Assembly (NCBI GenBank): GCA_051362555.1
Contig: CM120641.1
Span: 12,152,001 to 12,216,000, forward strand
DNA: 64,000 nt
Direction of reading: 5' to 3'
Origin: Lingula anatina
Taxonomy: Eukaryota > Animalia > Brachiopoda
The first letter of the stretch is position 1. Each line of letters begins with the position of its first letter. The notes under the pieces were generated by a model. That model did no database searches. It had not been told where the DNA came from and saw only the letters and a program-made list of their open reading frames with translations. Below, one piece after another: positions 24,036 through 37,931 of the stretch. The translations under genes and the position numbers were made by a program.

Positions 24036-24468
24036 CTAATAAAAATGTAATTCAGTGTCAGTGCTAGTTTACAGGACTTCAATGTCTTATTTCTTTTGTA
24101 TTCTACATTTAATATCATACATCCCCACATACTAACAGGTTATAAAAATATTGCGGTGCACTGGTATACTGAATAATGGCAGACTAAAAAAAGTCAAATA
24201 TGAACTGAATTGCTTCATGTAAAATGAATTAAATACTTTACACATCCTCTACTGAGAGTGCACATTATATAAATGACTCAGTGTTTACAGTTTTTAATAA
24301 TCTAATTTTGCCTCACCACTGAAACTTTAATAAATAATTGACCTCTATTTCTAAAGCTATCACAAATGGATTCCAAGTAAAATGATTAAGTTGAGAGCAT
24401 TTCTCATATGACAATGACTAACAAAAAAGTCTCTCTCCAGAGTGAGATAACATTCTCCTATCACTCAC

Positions 24469-24575
24469 CACTCTCTTTTCCCGGAAATCAATACCAACTG
24501 TCGAGATGAATTTACCAGTAAATTTTCCGTCTGTGTATTGGTACAGGAAGCTGGTTTTCCCCACACCAGAATCAC
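24469..24575 (-). CDS. RAB27: Rab27 GTPase, coding exon 2
   Basis: tccag|GT GAT...GTG|gtgagt, 107 nt; [36 protein letters not shown]. Confidence 0.97.
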
Positions 24576-26528
24576 CTGGAAAATGAGAGGTGATAAAAGC
24601 AAATTCACACAAAGTTGTAAGATATACTTGACATATGATTCGTTTTTTTTGGGGGGGAAACAAAAACAACAGAAGTGCATAGCATCTGACTTTAGTAATT
24701 GTTATAAATGCACAAAAACAACAGCATTGTCATAACAGGAGCATAAAAATTATACATTTTCAAAATATGTAATAGAAGGTGTCCCTATGACCAACGACCA
24801 TGGCTTCAATAGAAATTGTTGTGTGATGGAAATAGTTGTGTGGTGATAACAGCAAATCTTTGTAATGGGTTAGACTACTAGTGGTAATTTATAGGGTTTT
24901 AAAGGTAACATAAAGGAAAATCAATTCCCATAACTGCAAGAATGGAAAAATGTAATTCTCTCAGCTTGCCAGAAAGGTGGCAAAATTCTAATGGAACAAT
25001 GATGTGTAGAAAATCATACATCACAGTGGGTCATGAAAAATAGCATATAAATGTATAAACATTTATTCACAGATTAAATGTCAAAGTTGAAGTGCCATCT
25101 ATAGAATCACTATACCATTCTGGCATCAGTGACTCAGCAGAATGGGTTTTTTATATACATTCTGAATACCAATCATTAATCCACAGAAAATCCTTTTTGA
25201 CACGCGTTCTAAAAATGTATATATTCAAGCCAATGAATGTTGCAAATGCAATACACCATGTACGTTAATTGATATGGATCACAGTATTCTTCCCTTGATA
25301 TCATAAAAAAATAAAGCTTTGTTAAATGATTGATCTGGACAATTGTTGAAACAGCACAGTATATTTATCAATAATGGTTTAGCAACCATCAAGTTATCTA
25401 GGTAAAGCTTTGCCTACAAACACCAGTCAGACCAGTAAACTGAGACTAGTAGCACATAAACCATATACATATCACCATAAAATCATTATATATTCCAGAT
25501 CACAGTTCAAAAAGGTTTGCAACATTTTGAAAAAGGCCAGTGAATTGTTTCAGTGGAATATATAGGATTCCCAGTGTCAGCAAGAAAATAAGCTTAGAAA
25601 AGGTTCGGATCCGATAGAACCTGGGACAAAAATGCCCTTGGCTTGCAAATGACCAGAAGATTTTATCTGCAACCTATTAACCTTCTTGGCTGTGTTGAAG
25701 GTAAAGAGATTCTGAGATTAACCCAAGATTGACCTTATCTTAAATAACAATTTACTCATTGCTGAAGAGAAGTTCCATATCTTAACAATATTAACTATCA
25801 ACAATGAAAAAAATATGAGTGATATATCACTTTGACAATGAAATATTTTGTAATTTTTGTAGCAGATGATTGGTGATGTAAATGAGTAAATTTGGAGATC
25901 TTCCAGTAGGTAAATCTGCCGAAACCCATAGTCAAGACTCAATTTCCAGTATTGCAATGCAATATATATATTTTTTTAAACTGTCAAAAAACAAGCCTGC
26001 ATTAACCTAACCTAGCCTCCCCAAACCAACAACGTAATTAGAGGGAGTTCAATATTCTATGCTGCAAATGTAATCAGAATAACTATCATCACAGTTAATG
26101 CCAGCCACTTTCACTCAAGGACAACAAATAATGTTGACTACTTTATCACTTCAAAATGTTGATACTGTGACTTGCTTCATAAGTTGAGGTAATCAAATAA
26201 CAGATTAGGAATAATAATAGCATATTGTTCTTATAGAAATGAGACACTACTAGGCTTGTGATTGGTTTCTGGTTTCATTTTCAGTCTTTATTGAAAGCAC
26301 CAGCATCAATAAATATTGCATTTGTGACAGCACTGTCTACAAGTTCCACTGTTAATACAAGTGGCTGGAATGTGATCCATGCCCATTAGCTGTGCCTACG
26401 AGCACACCACATCAGTCTCATAATATCCCTAAGGAGGACACTTAGCTTTTACCATGCATTAAATAATTCAACATTCATGATTTTTTTATTCAATTTTTTC
26501 AGTTAAAATTTTTACCTTTCTCAATTTC

Positions 26529-26630
<102 letters not shown>

Positions 26631-27187
26631 TAACTGTTCTGGATGTGAAATCAAGACAAACCCCAGTTGCATCCATAAAATATTAAGAATTATCTTATGA
26701 TTGTTCTAAATTGGCAGTGAAATAGCATACAGCACCTACTGCATGCATAATTCTTCAGCCTTAAGTCTGCACTGTGTCATTTATATACATATCAAACATT
26801 ATAATCTCACACAATCTGTATAATGTTTCTATTGGCCCATACTGGCTTACATGCAGTATGAAATGGTCTGTGGCAGCTGACACTGTACTGTATTTATATA
26901 TGTCCATCTGTTGTATGTTTGTGTACCTTTTATATAAGGATTGTAAAATAATAGATGACATATAATAGGTATCAAATACACAAGCCCAGATTTTGCCTTT
27001 CACATGGACACCAACATAGGGAACATGCGCATGCATGCACGCACACACACATACACACACACACTAAGATGAGCAATTTAATTAAGAACTGCTCATTTTA
27101 ATAAGTTGCTACCTTGTATTTTAATAGTATACTGATAAAAAATAAATAAAAAAAATTGTACACTACTCCAAGTACTAAGTTACTTAC

Positions 27188-27269
27188 CTAATGCCAGAAA
27201 CTTGAGCAAAAAATCATATTCTGCTGAGCTGCTGTGTCCATTTGTTAACCCAGCAATGTTGTCACCCAT
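27188..27269 (-). CDS. RAB27: Rab27 GTPase, coding exon 1
   Basis: MGDNIAGLTNGHSSSAEYDFLLKFLAL(G)|gtaagt, 82 nt; acceptor tttatag 2 nt before ATG implies an upstream 5'UTR exon; total CDS 693 nt. Confidence 0.92.
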
Positions 27270-29124
27270 ATCTATAAATATACAATTGAAAAACTGATTT
27301 AAGAGACAGTGCAGTACAATAGCTCAGTGCGGGTATCAAGCACTTGCATGTGCAACTTTCCCCATTACAAATTACCCCAGTGCCTTGGTCTGCCCCCCTC
27401 TCTACCTGCTTTGGAAGAAGTGACTGATAGCTAGAGATATGTGCACGCACTATTAAAGCTGCAGCAATTACTGTGATGGAGGAAATTGCCTACTTTAATC
27501 ACCAAGTCTGTAGATTAATAAATTACACCTAGGATTGTAATGGCTAAATAGGTCAAACATGATATGTTCAGTTCAAACAGCACAATAAGGACAATATATT
27601 GTACATATATAATGTGATATGGTGTGTATCCACGTGTGCACATTATACTGAATGAATATACCTCATAATAACAAGAACGATACTAACAATACTTGTGAGC
27701 ATTATAGAAACATGACATTTTTGTTATCAAATACTACTGTATGAATATGTTTGCTAACATTTATAACATGGATTTGTTTTAAACAATTTTGATTCAAATG
27801 CAAAAGAACTAAATTCAATACAGCATCCATGACCAAAATGATAACAATCTATTCATTACTACTTACTAGTATGTGAAAAGTAACCATACTGGTAGTAACC
27901 AAAAATATGATACTACTTGTATGTAGATGATTGTGCTTAATAATAAGAAACATGATGATAAGTGCATGGTGGAAACCCTTTTTAAAAGAACATAATATCT
28001 GCAAACAATATTACAATCACAGTAAAATCAACAGATGTTTTGCTCTTCTACGATATTCACCACATATTGATCATAAGATTTACTGTAACTATAATACTTG
28101 GCAATAGTTGACACAGTTAGGGATCATTCCAGAGTATTTTAGAGAAGATAAATAAAAGCAGAAACAATCTTCTAAGTGAAGTCATAACTTAAAAGCATCT
28201 TTATGACCAATCTATGCTAGAAAACTCAACTGTCTGATCCTATTTATACAAAACTCTAATGTGACAGCAGTTGACATATTCTACTCTGTTGTTGTTATAG
28301 AATACGGTATATTGCTCTCCTTGATAAGAAAATGTCATACAGTGGCCAATTTTAAAATACAATTCTGGATAGTCATAATGAGTTTAGCTTTTTTGTCATC
28401 TCCAACATTAACACTTTAAATATTGTGGAATGTCCTGTTAAATTATTTGTTTAAACTCTGTTTTCATACCTCTCATATTACAATAATCAAATGGCCTCGT
28501 CTTACAGAAGAGACCTGCCCCAAGATGTTGGAAATCCAATCTTTCTTATAATGCTGTAATATTATTAGCACCAAGATTTATTTCTTGCTTTCTTCAAAAA
28601 CAAGCAAACAAACAAACAAACAACACTACTTTTGCTGATCTCTCAACCAATGAAGCCCATTAGAGTTCTTTTAAAATTCTGAACTCAATACAGGTATAGA
28701 GGAGGGGTGGGGGTGGGGGGATAAGGGGGAGCTAACTGCCAGGGCACTGACTGCAGTAACACCTGGTAGCTGATGTATTTTAACAGTCATCAGAAATAAG
28801 GTTATCTACCATGAGGGAAGAAAACTTAACTAGACAGCAAAGCTGACAAATATACAGACAACATATAGGAAACAAGGCAGCAAAGCTGACAAATGTTCAG
28901 ACATTCAGACGCAGAAAGGAGTGCACCAAATAATGGTTTGTTCAATTTTGATGCACTATTATGTAATGCTTTAAAACAGCATAATCATTCTCACCCTCTC
29001 ACATTATGTACTACAGTTAACATAGACATTGAAAAACTAGCAAGTAATTGGGTTTGAACGGCTATAAAAGCCACTGAAAATGCTAATGTGTGAAATGAAA
29101 TATTCAAACAAACAAACAAAAAAA

Positions 29125-29550
29125 AAAAACAGAATAGTTACCGTAAATGTAAACTGATCATGCAGATTTTTGAAAGCAACCTGCTTCTTTGCCAAATAAA
29201 GCTAAACAGTAAATTTGATGTAAAACAAAAATACTGTTCAGCTGTTACATGGAGAACGTCACCAAATTTATGCAAAAAACTAGAATAATTACCGTAAATG
29301 TAAACTGATTGAGCCGATTTTTTGAAAGCAACCTGTTTCTTTGCCAAACAAACCAAGACAGTAAATTTAAAGTAAAAGAAAAATGTGATCTGATAGTTAT
29401 GGGGCGAACGTCACCAAAATTGTACAAAAAAAAAAAACAAAAAAAAAAAAAAAAACAGAATAATTACCATAAATGTCAACAGATTAGGCCAATTTTCCAA
29501 AGTAACCTGCTTCTTTACCAAACAAAGGAACTCGGTCAAATTAAAGTAAA
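29125..29550 (+). repeat. Three diverged tandem copies of a 150-175 bp unit
   Basis: AGAATA(A/G)TTACC(G/A)TAAATGT...AACCTG(C/T)TTCTTT(G/A)CCAAA recurs near 29131, 29282 and 29457. Confidence 0.85.
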
Positions 29551-29649
29551 ACATAAATACGATGAGGCGAAAGTCATGTGTGGGACAGCGACAGCACCAG
29601 CGACAGCGATGACATGGACAGACCGATCAAAATATATACAGACACTTAA

Positions 29650-31779
29650 GGTCGGTGATAGGGTTAAATACGCTTAAAATCGTGTTTTTGAGTTTTTTGT
29701 GTGTTTATATTAATCAAAAAAGTATCTAACGTTGGATGTAATAATTTTTATGAATTTGCATCGCAAAATGCGTCTTTTGATGAGTTTTTCAACCGGCACG
29801 CGCCCCAGTCAGGCTGACAACTAAGCCACGCCTCTGTTACTAAGGGCCGTTGCCATGAGGGGGTCGGAGCACAGTTAATGAGTTATAAGCCGATTACGTG
29901 TGCGGTAATAGGTCATAAGTCTTACATCAGCTTAGCAGCGAAGAAGTCTAGCTAGTACACTATGGGGAAGAGAAAAGTTCGTGTTAAAAGTCCCTTTCCA
30001 GAGGAAAGAAGGAAAATTTTGAGAGTAAGGCCTATGCGTGGCGGTTGGGGAAAACCGGCCCTATTTGTTCAGTCGGATGACTGATTTCTGTATACCTAAT
30101 AAATGGGTGAAAGAGTTAATCGAAACGTCTAAATTAATTGACAAATGAAAGAAAAATCGATAAAAACATAAATAAAAAAAGCTAAAAAAGGATACTTTTA
30201 GCCTAGCCTTTAATTTTTGCGATATATATCGTCGAGCGTATCTGTGACACGTTACGAAACCGGAAATGATTGTTGGTCGCCGTTTGCAAAAGGTAAATCT
30301 AATGTTGACAAAATAAAATTTTATTCTCCAAGATATGATATCATGGAGCTTGAGAGACACGCGAAAAATTGTGATTTGAATGGCCAAACAAGAGAAATCC
30401 AAGCAAAGGTTGACAGCATGATTAAAACAATAAAAATAAAAACGCATGTTAGCGGCTTTGCATTTTGCGATATTTGGAGAAAAACAATTTCAAAATCACT
30501 GATCAAGCGGGAAGAAAGAGTTCAAGTGTCCAAAAATGAAAATCACAAAAAGACCCCGAGAATAGTCAAGGCTAGCAGGTAAAAAGCAAATAGGGTCTAA
30601 GTGTCATGTGTGTAAAAATAAAATATTTATTCAAAAGCCTTCTCTCAGCCACTTTTACCGCTGAATCTTGTGCAGCTGAGCGTCTCCCCTTTATCTTAGC
30701 TGGCATTTTGAGCGAGACGGCTCTGAAGTAATCACTGGATTTTTCCGTTGATCTGACGACTACCAAGTGCCGTGCAAAATAATCCTGCAGCGTTACCCGT
30801 CAAAAAACTCGTATCAACACAAGTGACGGACACTTGCTCTCGACACAGTTTTATCTGATCACTTTGCCGATAACAAAGAAGGAATCTCTCAGGTAAAATT
30901 ACTCGATTGCCGAGGAAGAGCCATTGAAACGTTCAAATGCAACTTCACACCTCTTAATTGCGGTTAAACGTAATCGCCTTTGTTAGCGCTTCCTTCTACA
31001 TATCCTTGACACCCTACTGGGCATCACAAGGCTAGGGCCCTCTCCAGAGCTGTCAATCAAAATGGCGGCACGCTTACATGCCTAACGAGTGGTCGGAAAA
31101 TGTAACAAAAGCACGATTTTCTGCCCCTTCAAAGCACCCAAACAAAATATTTTTAGATGACAATAAGCAATGGTTCCAGCTGATCGTATAACCGATAACA
31201 GGTAAATTTGCCAGCTAAGCATTTGACTAATAAGCCCTGTTAACCAACCTGTGAACGTTTTTGGCTGTTTTAACAGCTTTCTATATTGACGAGATAAGTG
31301 AATCGCTGCCAAGTATATCTCACTATCTGAGCAACCGATCGTTACAAAAGTTGCACCTATTGTTGTTAGGAATGTGGACTACAGCATGATATCAGGGGTT
31401 TAAGAGAAATTTGTTTGTTTGAAAGATATCGCCTTTTGAAGTGAATAAGCCATTGAAATATGGGGTAATTTAACGTAAAAGATGATAAAATCAAAAGTAA
31501 ATAGTTTAAGACAATTCCCTGGTACCGCGCTGAAGTGCTTTCACCCAGCTTTATGAGGCCTTTTGAATCACTTGAATAGCTGTCTTGGTTATAGAGAAAA
31601 TCCCAATACCGAAAACGGCATTTTTCCCCTCAAATTGGCGCCAGAGCGTCATCCGTTGGACACTGTACTTAATCCCCGTCTTTAATTGGCCTTTTGGGAA
31701 GTTTGTTTTAATTTTTTATAAAAACTTATAAGCCCAGGGCTTTGTTTCTATGACTTTGGTCCTTTTACTATCACCGGCC
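29650..31779. mobile_element. Kolobok-like DNA transposon, decayed (2.13 kb)
   Basis: TTAA at 29646-29649 and 31780-31783; GG...CC termini; TIR GGTCGGTGATAG vs GGCCGGTGATAG (11/12); broken basic ORF starts facing inward from both ends. Confidence 0.75.
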
Positions 31780-34700
31780 TTAATGTCTGTATATATAAAA
31801 ATTCTTACTAATGAGAAAATCTTGCTTTGACCAGAAAAATTACAACACATTTCTGCATATCTCAACATATTAAGCATATTAATACATAATCCTTGTTATC
31901 TATTGGGGTATCTATGGTATACCTGAACCCTTCCAAAAGTGAAAACTGAAATGAAATCTACCATAAAAAGTGACCACAACCTGCGTGCTTATTTATAACT
32001 GGCAACAATCTGCCTTCTACAGGCACTGTATGTTTCCTTACCTAAGATAGAAATATACTCCAAGCAGTGGCTGCTTCTCCTGCGGTTGAGACTCTTAGAC
32101 ACATCACACCAGGGACACACTGCATTGGTGTGCTCTGACATTTCAATCACCAAAGCCACTTAGCTGACTGCAGGTGGGATCTATTTGTACTTTGTGAATT
32201 ACAATACCTTGCTTAGGCTTTCACAATCTTATTCCCAAGTTAATGATTACAATATTTCTTTTGTACATGAATCTACCCATAATGTATGCATCCTCCTCCT
32301 TTTTTAATAATTTTCCTGGTCTAACACTAGGCTGTTGACCATTTCACATGTACATCTGTTTCTATTGTAAACAAGAAAACTGCCAAAGTGGTCTTGGCTG
32401 GTCCTCCAAAGACAAATTACCAATAATGAGTTCAGAACATCATGTGTTTTCTGTAGATATCATGTGTGATTGCTACAAATACTCTCCAAAGACATGACAA
32501 TATATTCATATGTGTAGAAATTTATATTGTCTCACTTACATCTCACCAAGCAAAGTAAGGTATACCTACTCACCTGCAACAAGCCATTTGCTACAATACA
32601 GTGGAGTAAACGCTTGCATGTATATGAAAAAAGAATTAATCAATCCAAAAGTCTTGTGCCGAATGATGAGTTGCTTTACAATCACTCTTAAAGCAGGAAA
32701 CGGCAGCCACATAGATTTTCTTTACTGCTTATGAATTGCATGTCGCCTTATTCAAACTAGCATGATGGGATGCTTAGAATTCCCCGACCTTTGCTTTTAT
32801 TGCCAGTATGAATTATGTGATAACCATAGCATATCATATCATATCATCCTGGGAATAATTGATCCATATGACATGGATGCATTTCAAATATATATTGTAA
32901 TATGTGCTGTTTTAATATTCAGGCACATATATATATCCTATATATCTATACCACTTGATGCACAATTTATAAATAGTAATTAAACCACAACCTCAGACTT
33001 GTGGCTCATTTCCACCATATCATTATCATAACAAAGACACTTGCCGTTTTTGCTGTTTGCAAATTAAAAAAAAAAAAAAAAAAAAGAAAAAATATTACTG
33101 TTGAGCATATAGGGCAAGACTCAAGGAATGGTCATTAAGCCAATATGACAATAACCGACATAAACAATATTCCATCTATGAGAATACTTTTAGGGCATCA
33201 GGACAATAAGCATACCAAACCTGTTATTGTTCTTTGCACATCATTTCCACTTTTATACAAGTTAATCTACTGACCAGTCATTTGTGAAATTACAACCTTT
33301 CTATAAGCAACATGAATTCCATTTCCCTATTAGATTGACTCAGCTTGTGTGTTTGTGTGAGTTTCCAAATGGTACTAGAGTTAAGCTCTGGCTGGCTAGA
33401 TTAAATATCTAAAATAGAACAGCATGCAGCAAAGCATGAGCTAGCACAATCTCACACCTACAGACCTGCTACTTCTTAACACCAAAATTGGCATGTACAC
33501 ATGCTGTACTACTGCACTTACTGTATTATGGAAGTATATAAATACTAAAATACAACAATATGTCCATCGTGGTATGTGTATCTGTCAGAGTATCAATGCA
33601 TTAACAGTGATAAGCTGCCAGGAGTTTTAACATGCATCCTGTTCTTATACTTTAAATATTGCATGTAAACATCTAAACATACCCTAAGTACTGTACTGTA
33701 CACACATATAGCACCTGCAAATACTATATAGTATGGTTAATTTGATATTATTTTTAAGACCAACAAGTTATCATCTTTTCAGAAAACACACTTATCATTC
33801 CATCCTTAAATGTACAGACTTTACAATATTACATAGCTGATTATAAGGGCCAGTAACTATATAAGTATTCAAATTTATGTATACATACGTAAATGTCTAC
33901 TGCTAGTTGCAGTGCTGATGCCATTTGCCAACAAAATATACTTGTGATGTCAAAATATAATCTTATGCAATATCATTAACAACAGTTTAAAGCTTTTTAA
34001 TTCATTAATTCATTTGCAATTCTAAAAAGTTTACTTTACATTACAGTTATTACGCGTACTTAATTAACCCTCCTAAACGTAACATCGAAAGCCCTGACCT
34101 GGTTATTGTTACTGTGCAGGGCACTGCTCACTGAAGGCTATGATACAAGATATATGACAAGTTAGTGGTAAACCACAATTAAATCCCGACTACATGTGTT
34201 TTATAGTATTTGTTATCACTAACCTCGCAGAATGTGAGTGACTGATGAACTGTCAAGTCTACTGTATTATGATATCGTTATATCAAGGAAGTAAAACACT
34301 TCTTGGACGATTACAACAAGGGCGTGGAAATTTAAACAAAACTAATGACGTGCATAGTCAAAATACATTCTGCAGTATATACCTACTCCTGTTAACCCTC
34401 TCGTTCTCCCCCAACAGTGCAAACTCACATACGGTACCACAGTTATCTAAATATCACTTCAGTTTGCATGTATGTCCCGCAAACTTTTCAGCAACAGGTG
34501 TGCAAACAATTTTCCTCCAAAAGAGAAGAGTTGAATGCGTTGCTCCAAGACAATCCCAATCCTCTGCCCTTTGATATAATATAGATACTAGTAAATTTTT
34601 GTTTAAGGGTATTGTGACCTTTTATTATTCTTCAGATATCTAACATGAGATTTTTCTTGCACCTAAGTATTTAATTATTCAATAATGCTAATTTAAATCA

Positions 34701-36342
34701 ATAAAAAGTCCTTCAAAAATGTAAAATATTGGAGTTTATATTTCTCGTTGCATTGTATAAGCAACTCAAAACCTTTATCGTCAGTTTAACACCTGTCTAC
34801 TTTGAGGTGAGATAGCAATCGATATGGGGTCGCACGAGTTAAAAAAAACGGCCTACTATATGCACTATAGTTTAATGTTTATATGCACCCAGAAACTCAC
34901 ATGAATTCACGCACTAAGCAGAAAGCAAAACTTATTTTACAAGCCCAGAATATACATAAGATATATACAATCAGCGTAACAAAAACAAATTCATAATTAT
35001 ACTCAAGTTGGTCGCTTTAATATGGCCTTAACATATGTCAATAAAACGGTAGCATAATGGTAGCATTATACATTTCTCTTAGGCCCGAGAAAATTGAATA
35101 ACTTGGTTAACCACATTTTGTAAAACAGGGTAGGGGCCTACATGAAGATAGACAAAATGTATTTTTTTAATATGATTGTAAATTCAGGGTAATTTATATA
35201 GGGTATTCTTTAATTTTTTTCACTGCAAGAGGGAAAATACCAAAACCACAGAGCATAAAACCAAAACATTCAGCTTTGGGGTCAATTGTAAATTTCGCCC
35301 ACCTACCAAACAAATAGGCCTACCCAGTGTATATTTTGCTATAAAAATAATACTGTAGGTGCGAAAATTTCTGGTTTCCACGAAATCAAGAGTGGTCGCA
35401 TTTGTTAAACAACTTTATCAAAATTGTCTGGATATTTAAAATACCGATTTTACATTTCTCTGCTTTCTACACCTCTGCCAATTGTCTAAATAACTTGTAA
35501 AATGCTTAATGCACGAAATTGAGCTCCACAGTATTAATGCTAATCAATTGCAAAACTCATTATCAATTGAATTTGTAGCCATACCAGTAGAAAATATGAA
35601 AGGCGAAACACTTAGTTCATTAGTGTATTCTCGCTTGTTAACAGCATTTGATATATCCGCACATAATATAATCACAGAGAAAAATTGAAACTGAGCAGCA
35701 TAAGGCTTCAAATTCCGGACATGAGAGATGTGTCTGGATTTATCATCGTCAGTAACATTTTGTTGAAGGGCAACAATTCTCCTGTGCTACAAGAATATTA
35801 AGACTGCGCGTGTACTTATACATGTAGATTTTTCGTGTTTACGGCGTTGGCTGGCTTTCTTTTCTATATAGCAACTTGTGCCTCACGGTTCACAGGCACG
35901 GTAGCAGATTTAAGTATGGGGATAATTTGTGCCAAAAATACTGTAGGTAAGTGGATGACAGTTTATTTATATAATTATTGAGTTATTTTTATTTATTTTT
36001 TTTTTTAGAAAAGAAGTCCTGTGTCGTAACTTGGTAGCTTTAATATCACATTCTGAAACAGATGATACATTAAGGAACATACGGTAGGGGCCTATTACTA
36101 CAGTGTACATGTATAAACATAGCTATGAAATACTCTATTCATGGTAGAAATACCGCGTTGTATGTTTGTAATATCAACATTTTATTCGTACTTTTTCCGT
36201 TATTTTAAAATGACCGAGGCTCACGTTTACACGTGCTGAATCAGAGATATCTACATATATCTAGTGTGGTACCAGTCTACCCTTTGTCTTACACGCACTA
36301 GAACGTTTGTTAACACGCTGCACTGCAAGGCACTGCATTGCT

Positions 36343-36349
36343 TATATAA
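36343..36349 (+). promoter_or_regulatory. Candidate TATA box of orphan gene
   Basis: TATATAA about 135 bp upstream of caccATG (36479) and a consensus donor at 36530. Confidence 0.3.
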
Positions 36350-36478
36350 CAGTGATAAACCAAGCGTACGTGAAGTGAAGTGAAGTGAAGTGAATATATA
36401 TATTATGATAATGATAAAGATAATTGTACTTGACAAAGCAGCGCCCACACATTCGAGGCAAGGAGAGTTGGGTTCACC

Positions 36479-36530
36479 ATGTACAGTAAAGTATCCCCTA
36501 CAAAGACAAAGGAGTATATTGTCCAGGCAG
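36479..36530 (+). CDS. Orphan gene, candidate exon 1
   Basis: ttcaccATG...GCA G|gtaaga; MYSKVSPTKTKEYIVQA; phase 1. Confidence 0.5.
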
Positions 36531-36988
36531 GTAAGACACCTTTACATTCATTGTATTATTCTGTCATTTGGCCAGGCAGTTTTTGTCAAATGCCAGTAGG
36601 TTTATATTTACAACAAAATGTTTAATTTTTATTTTTATTTGGAAATGTGCCAATACGAAGAGCAATCTTATAATTATATCATCTTGGTCTCTTGTTTTTA
36701 TGCCGTTGAAATTAGTTTTAAGTAAGATGTTCAGCAAATAGAAAAAACCACAGGACTTGATTTTTGAATCAATGAAATAATACACGAATCTGTCTATCTG
36801 ACTTTTTCATTTCAATGAAATGCGATCTTATTGCCTATTGCCTGTTTCACAAAAAAATATCCTTAGTCCTTGGGCCAGAATAAGACTTCTAAAACCGGAT
36901 ACCCGATATCGCATAGACGGCTTTGCTTTACTGATCCGTGAGCCTTTAAGAATTATTTGTCCACATTGAATATATTTAACATATTTAG

Positions 36989-37077
36989 ATGAACTACTGT
37001 CATCACTTGGAGTAAAAGCACAAAATGCTCAAGGGAAAAAAAACGAGGAAAAACTTTTAGAAACCTTGCGCAACAAA
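36989..37077 (+). CDS. Orphan gene, candidate exon 2
   Basis: atatttag|AT GAA...AAA|gttcag; (D)ELLSSLGVKAQNAQGKKNEEKLLETLRNK; phase 1->0; donor is weak. Confidence 0.4.
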
Positions 37078-37430
37078 GTTCAGCCAGCTAAGACTACATT
37101 ACATCTTTTATTTACTCAAGATCTTAGTAGGCATAGATTTATTGTGAAACAGATCCCAGAGCCGATTTCTCTGTCAGACAAAAATCTTTCTACATAAGTT
37201 AAAAATAAATCTATTGTAATCCACATAAGTAAAGTATTAATCTGAAACATAAATCATGTCTTTATGCTACCAAACTGCATTTCTGTAGTATCTTTGGCCA
37301 AAGAAGACTGAAATTTTGGTGGTCTTTTGTAAAACAGGCCCCAGTTCTGCGTTTAGGTTTAAACACACTGGCACGGCATATTTCACTGACATTTGCCAAT
37401 TTTTACCGTTTTAACCGTCTGCATCTGTAG

Positions 37431-37595
37431 ATCGACATAAAAGGGAGAATTAACCCCATGACTTCGAGCCGCATCGAGTTAAAAAGCATGGACGGCGTGG
37501 AAATCACCATGTCCTGCGCCATGGCCCTTGCGATCGACCCACCAGCCCATGTTCTTCAGGAGAACGCCGATTATGGGATTGTGTATCAGTACAAC
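37431..37595 (+). CDS. Orphan gene, candidate exon 3
   Basis: tctgtag|ATC GAC...AAC|gtaata (or donor after 37604); phase 0->0; C-rich third positions against AT-rich background. Confidence 0.55.
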
Positions 37596-37882
37596 GTAAT
37601 AATGGTAACCATCTCCGTCAATTGGGCTGATAACTGCCGACTGTATGAAGTGTGCACTCTTGTGAACCCCGTCGTTAATTGGTGTGGATTGGAGTTAACT
37701 TATCAGGGTATCTACGATTTTTTTCACTTCTACTGCAGCATTTGGTCTATGTGTAACCTATAGTGGTACAATGTAAGTCTACCTGTTGCCATGTAATCTT
37801 AAAGACATTGCAATCAATATCACAGAAACTTTTGATTTTTTAATAAAATATGAAAAATTAATAATCTCTCTCTCCCTGTCTG

Positions 37883-37891
<9 letters not shown>

Positions 37892-37931
<40 letters not shown>
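37892..37931. repeat. (CA)n microsatellite preceded by (CT)n
   Basis: visible run. Confidence 0.95.

Larger units (their letters stand above)
28829..31797 (+). mobile_element. Helentron/DINE-1-like non-autonomous element interrupted by a Kolobok-like insertion
   Basis: 5' ACTAGA + CAGCAAAGCTG mini-hairpin + ATATACAGACA; internal tandem repeats; GACAGC-rich simple repeat; 3' stem ATATATACAGACA...TGTCTGTATATAT then A-run. Confidence 0.6.

Noticed and set aside
27252-27269. Gly2 in Rab27 (MGDNIA) as a myristoylation site
   Set aside because: Asp3 is unfavourable and Ser/Thr6 is absent; the CXC prenylation motif is intact
29125-29550. Spaced direct repeats as a CRISPR-like array
   Set aside because: Whole units are homologous with no unique spacers; eukaryotic context and no cas genes
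32075-32165. tRNA/SINE-like A-box (AGCTAAGTGG, minus strand)
   Set aside because: No convincing B-box or cloverleaf
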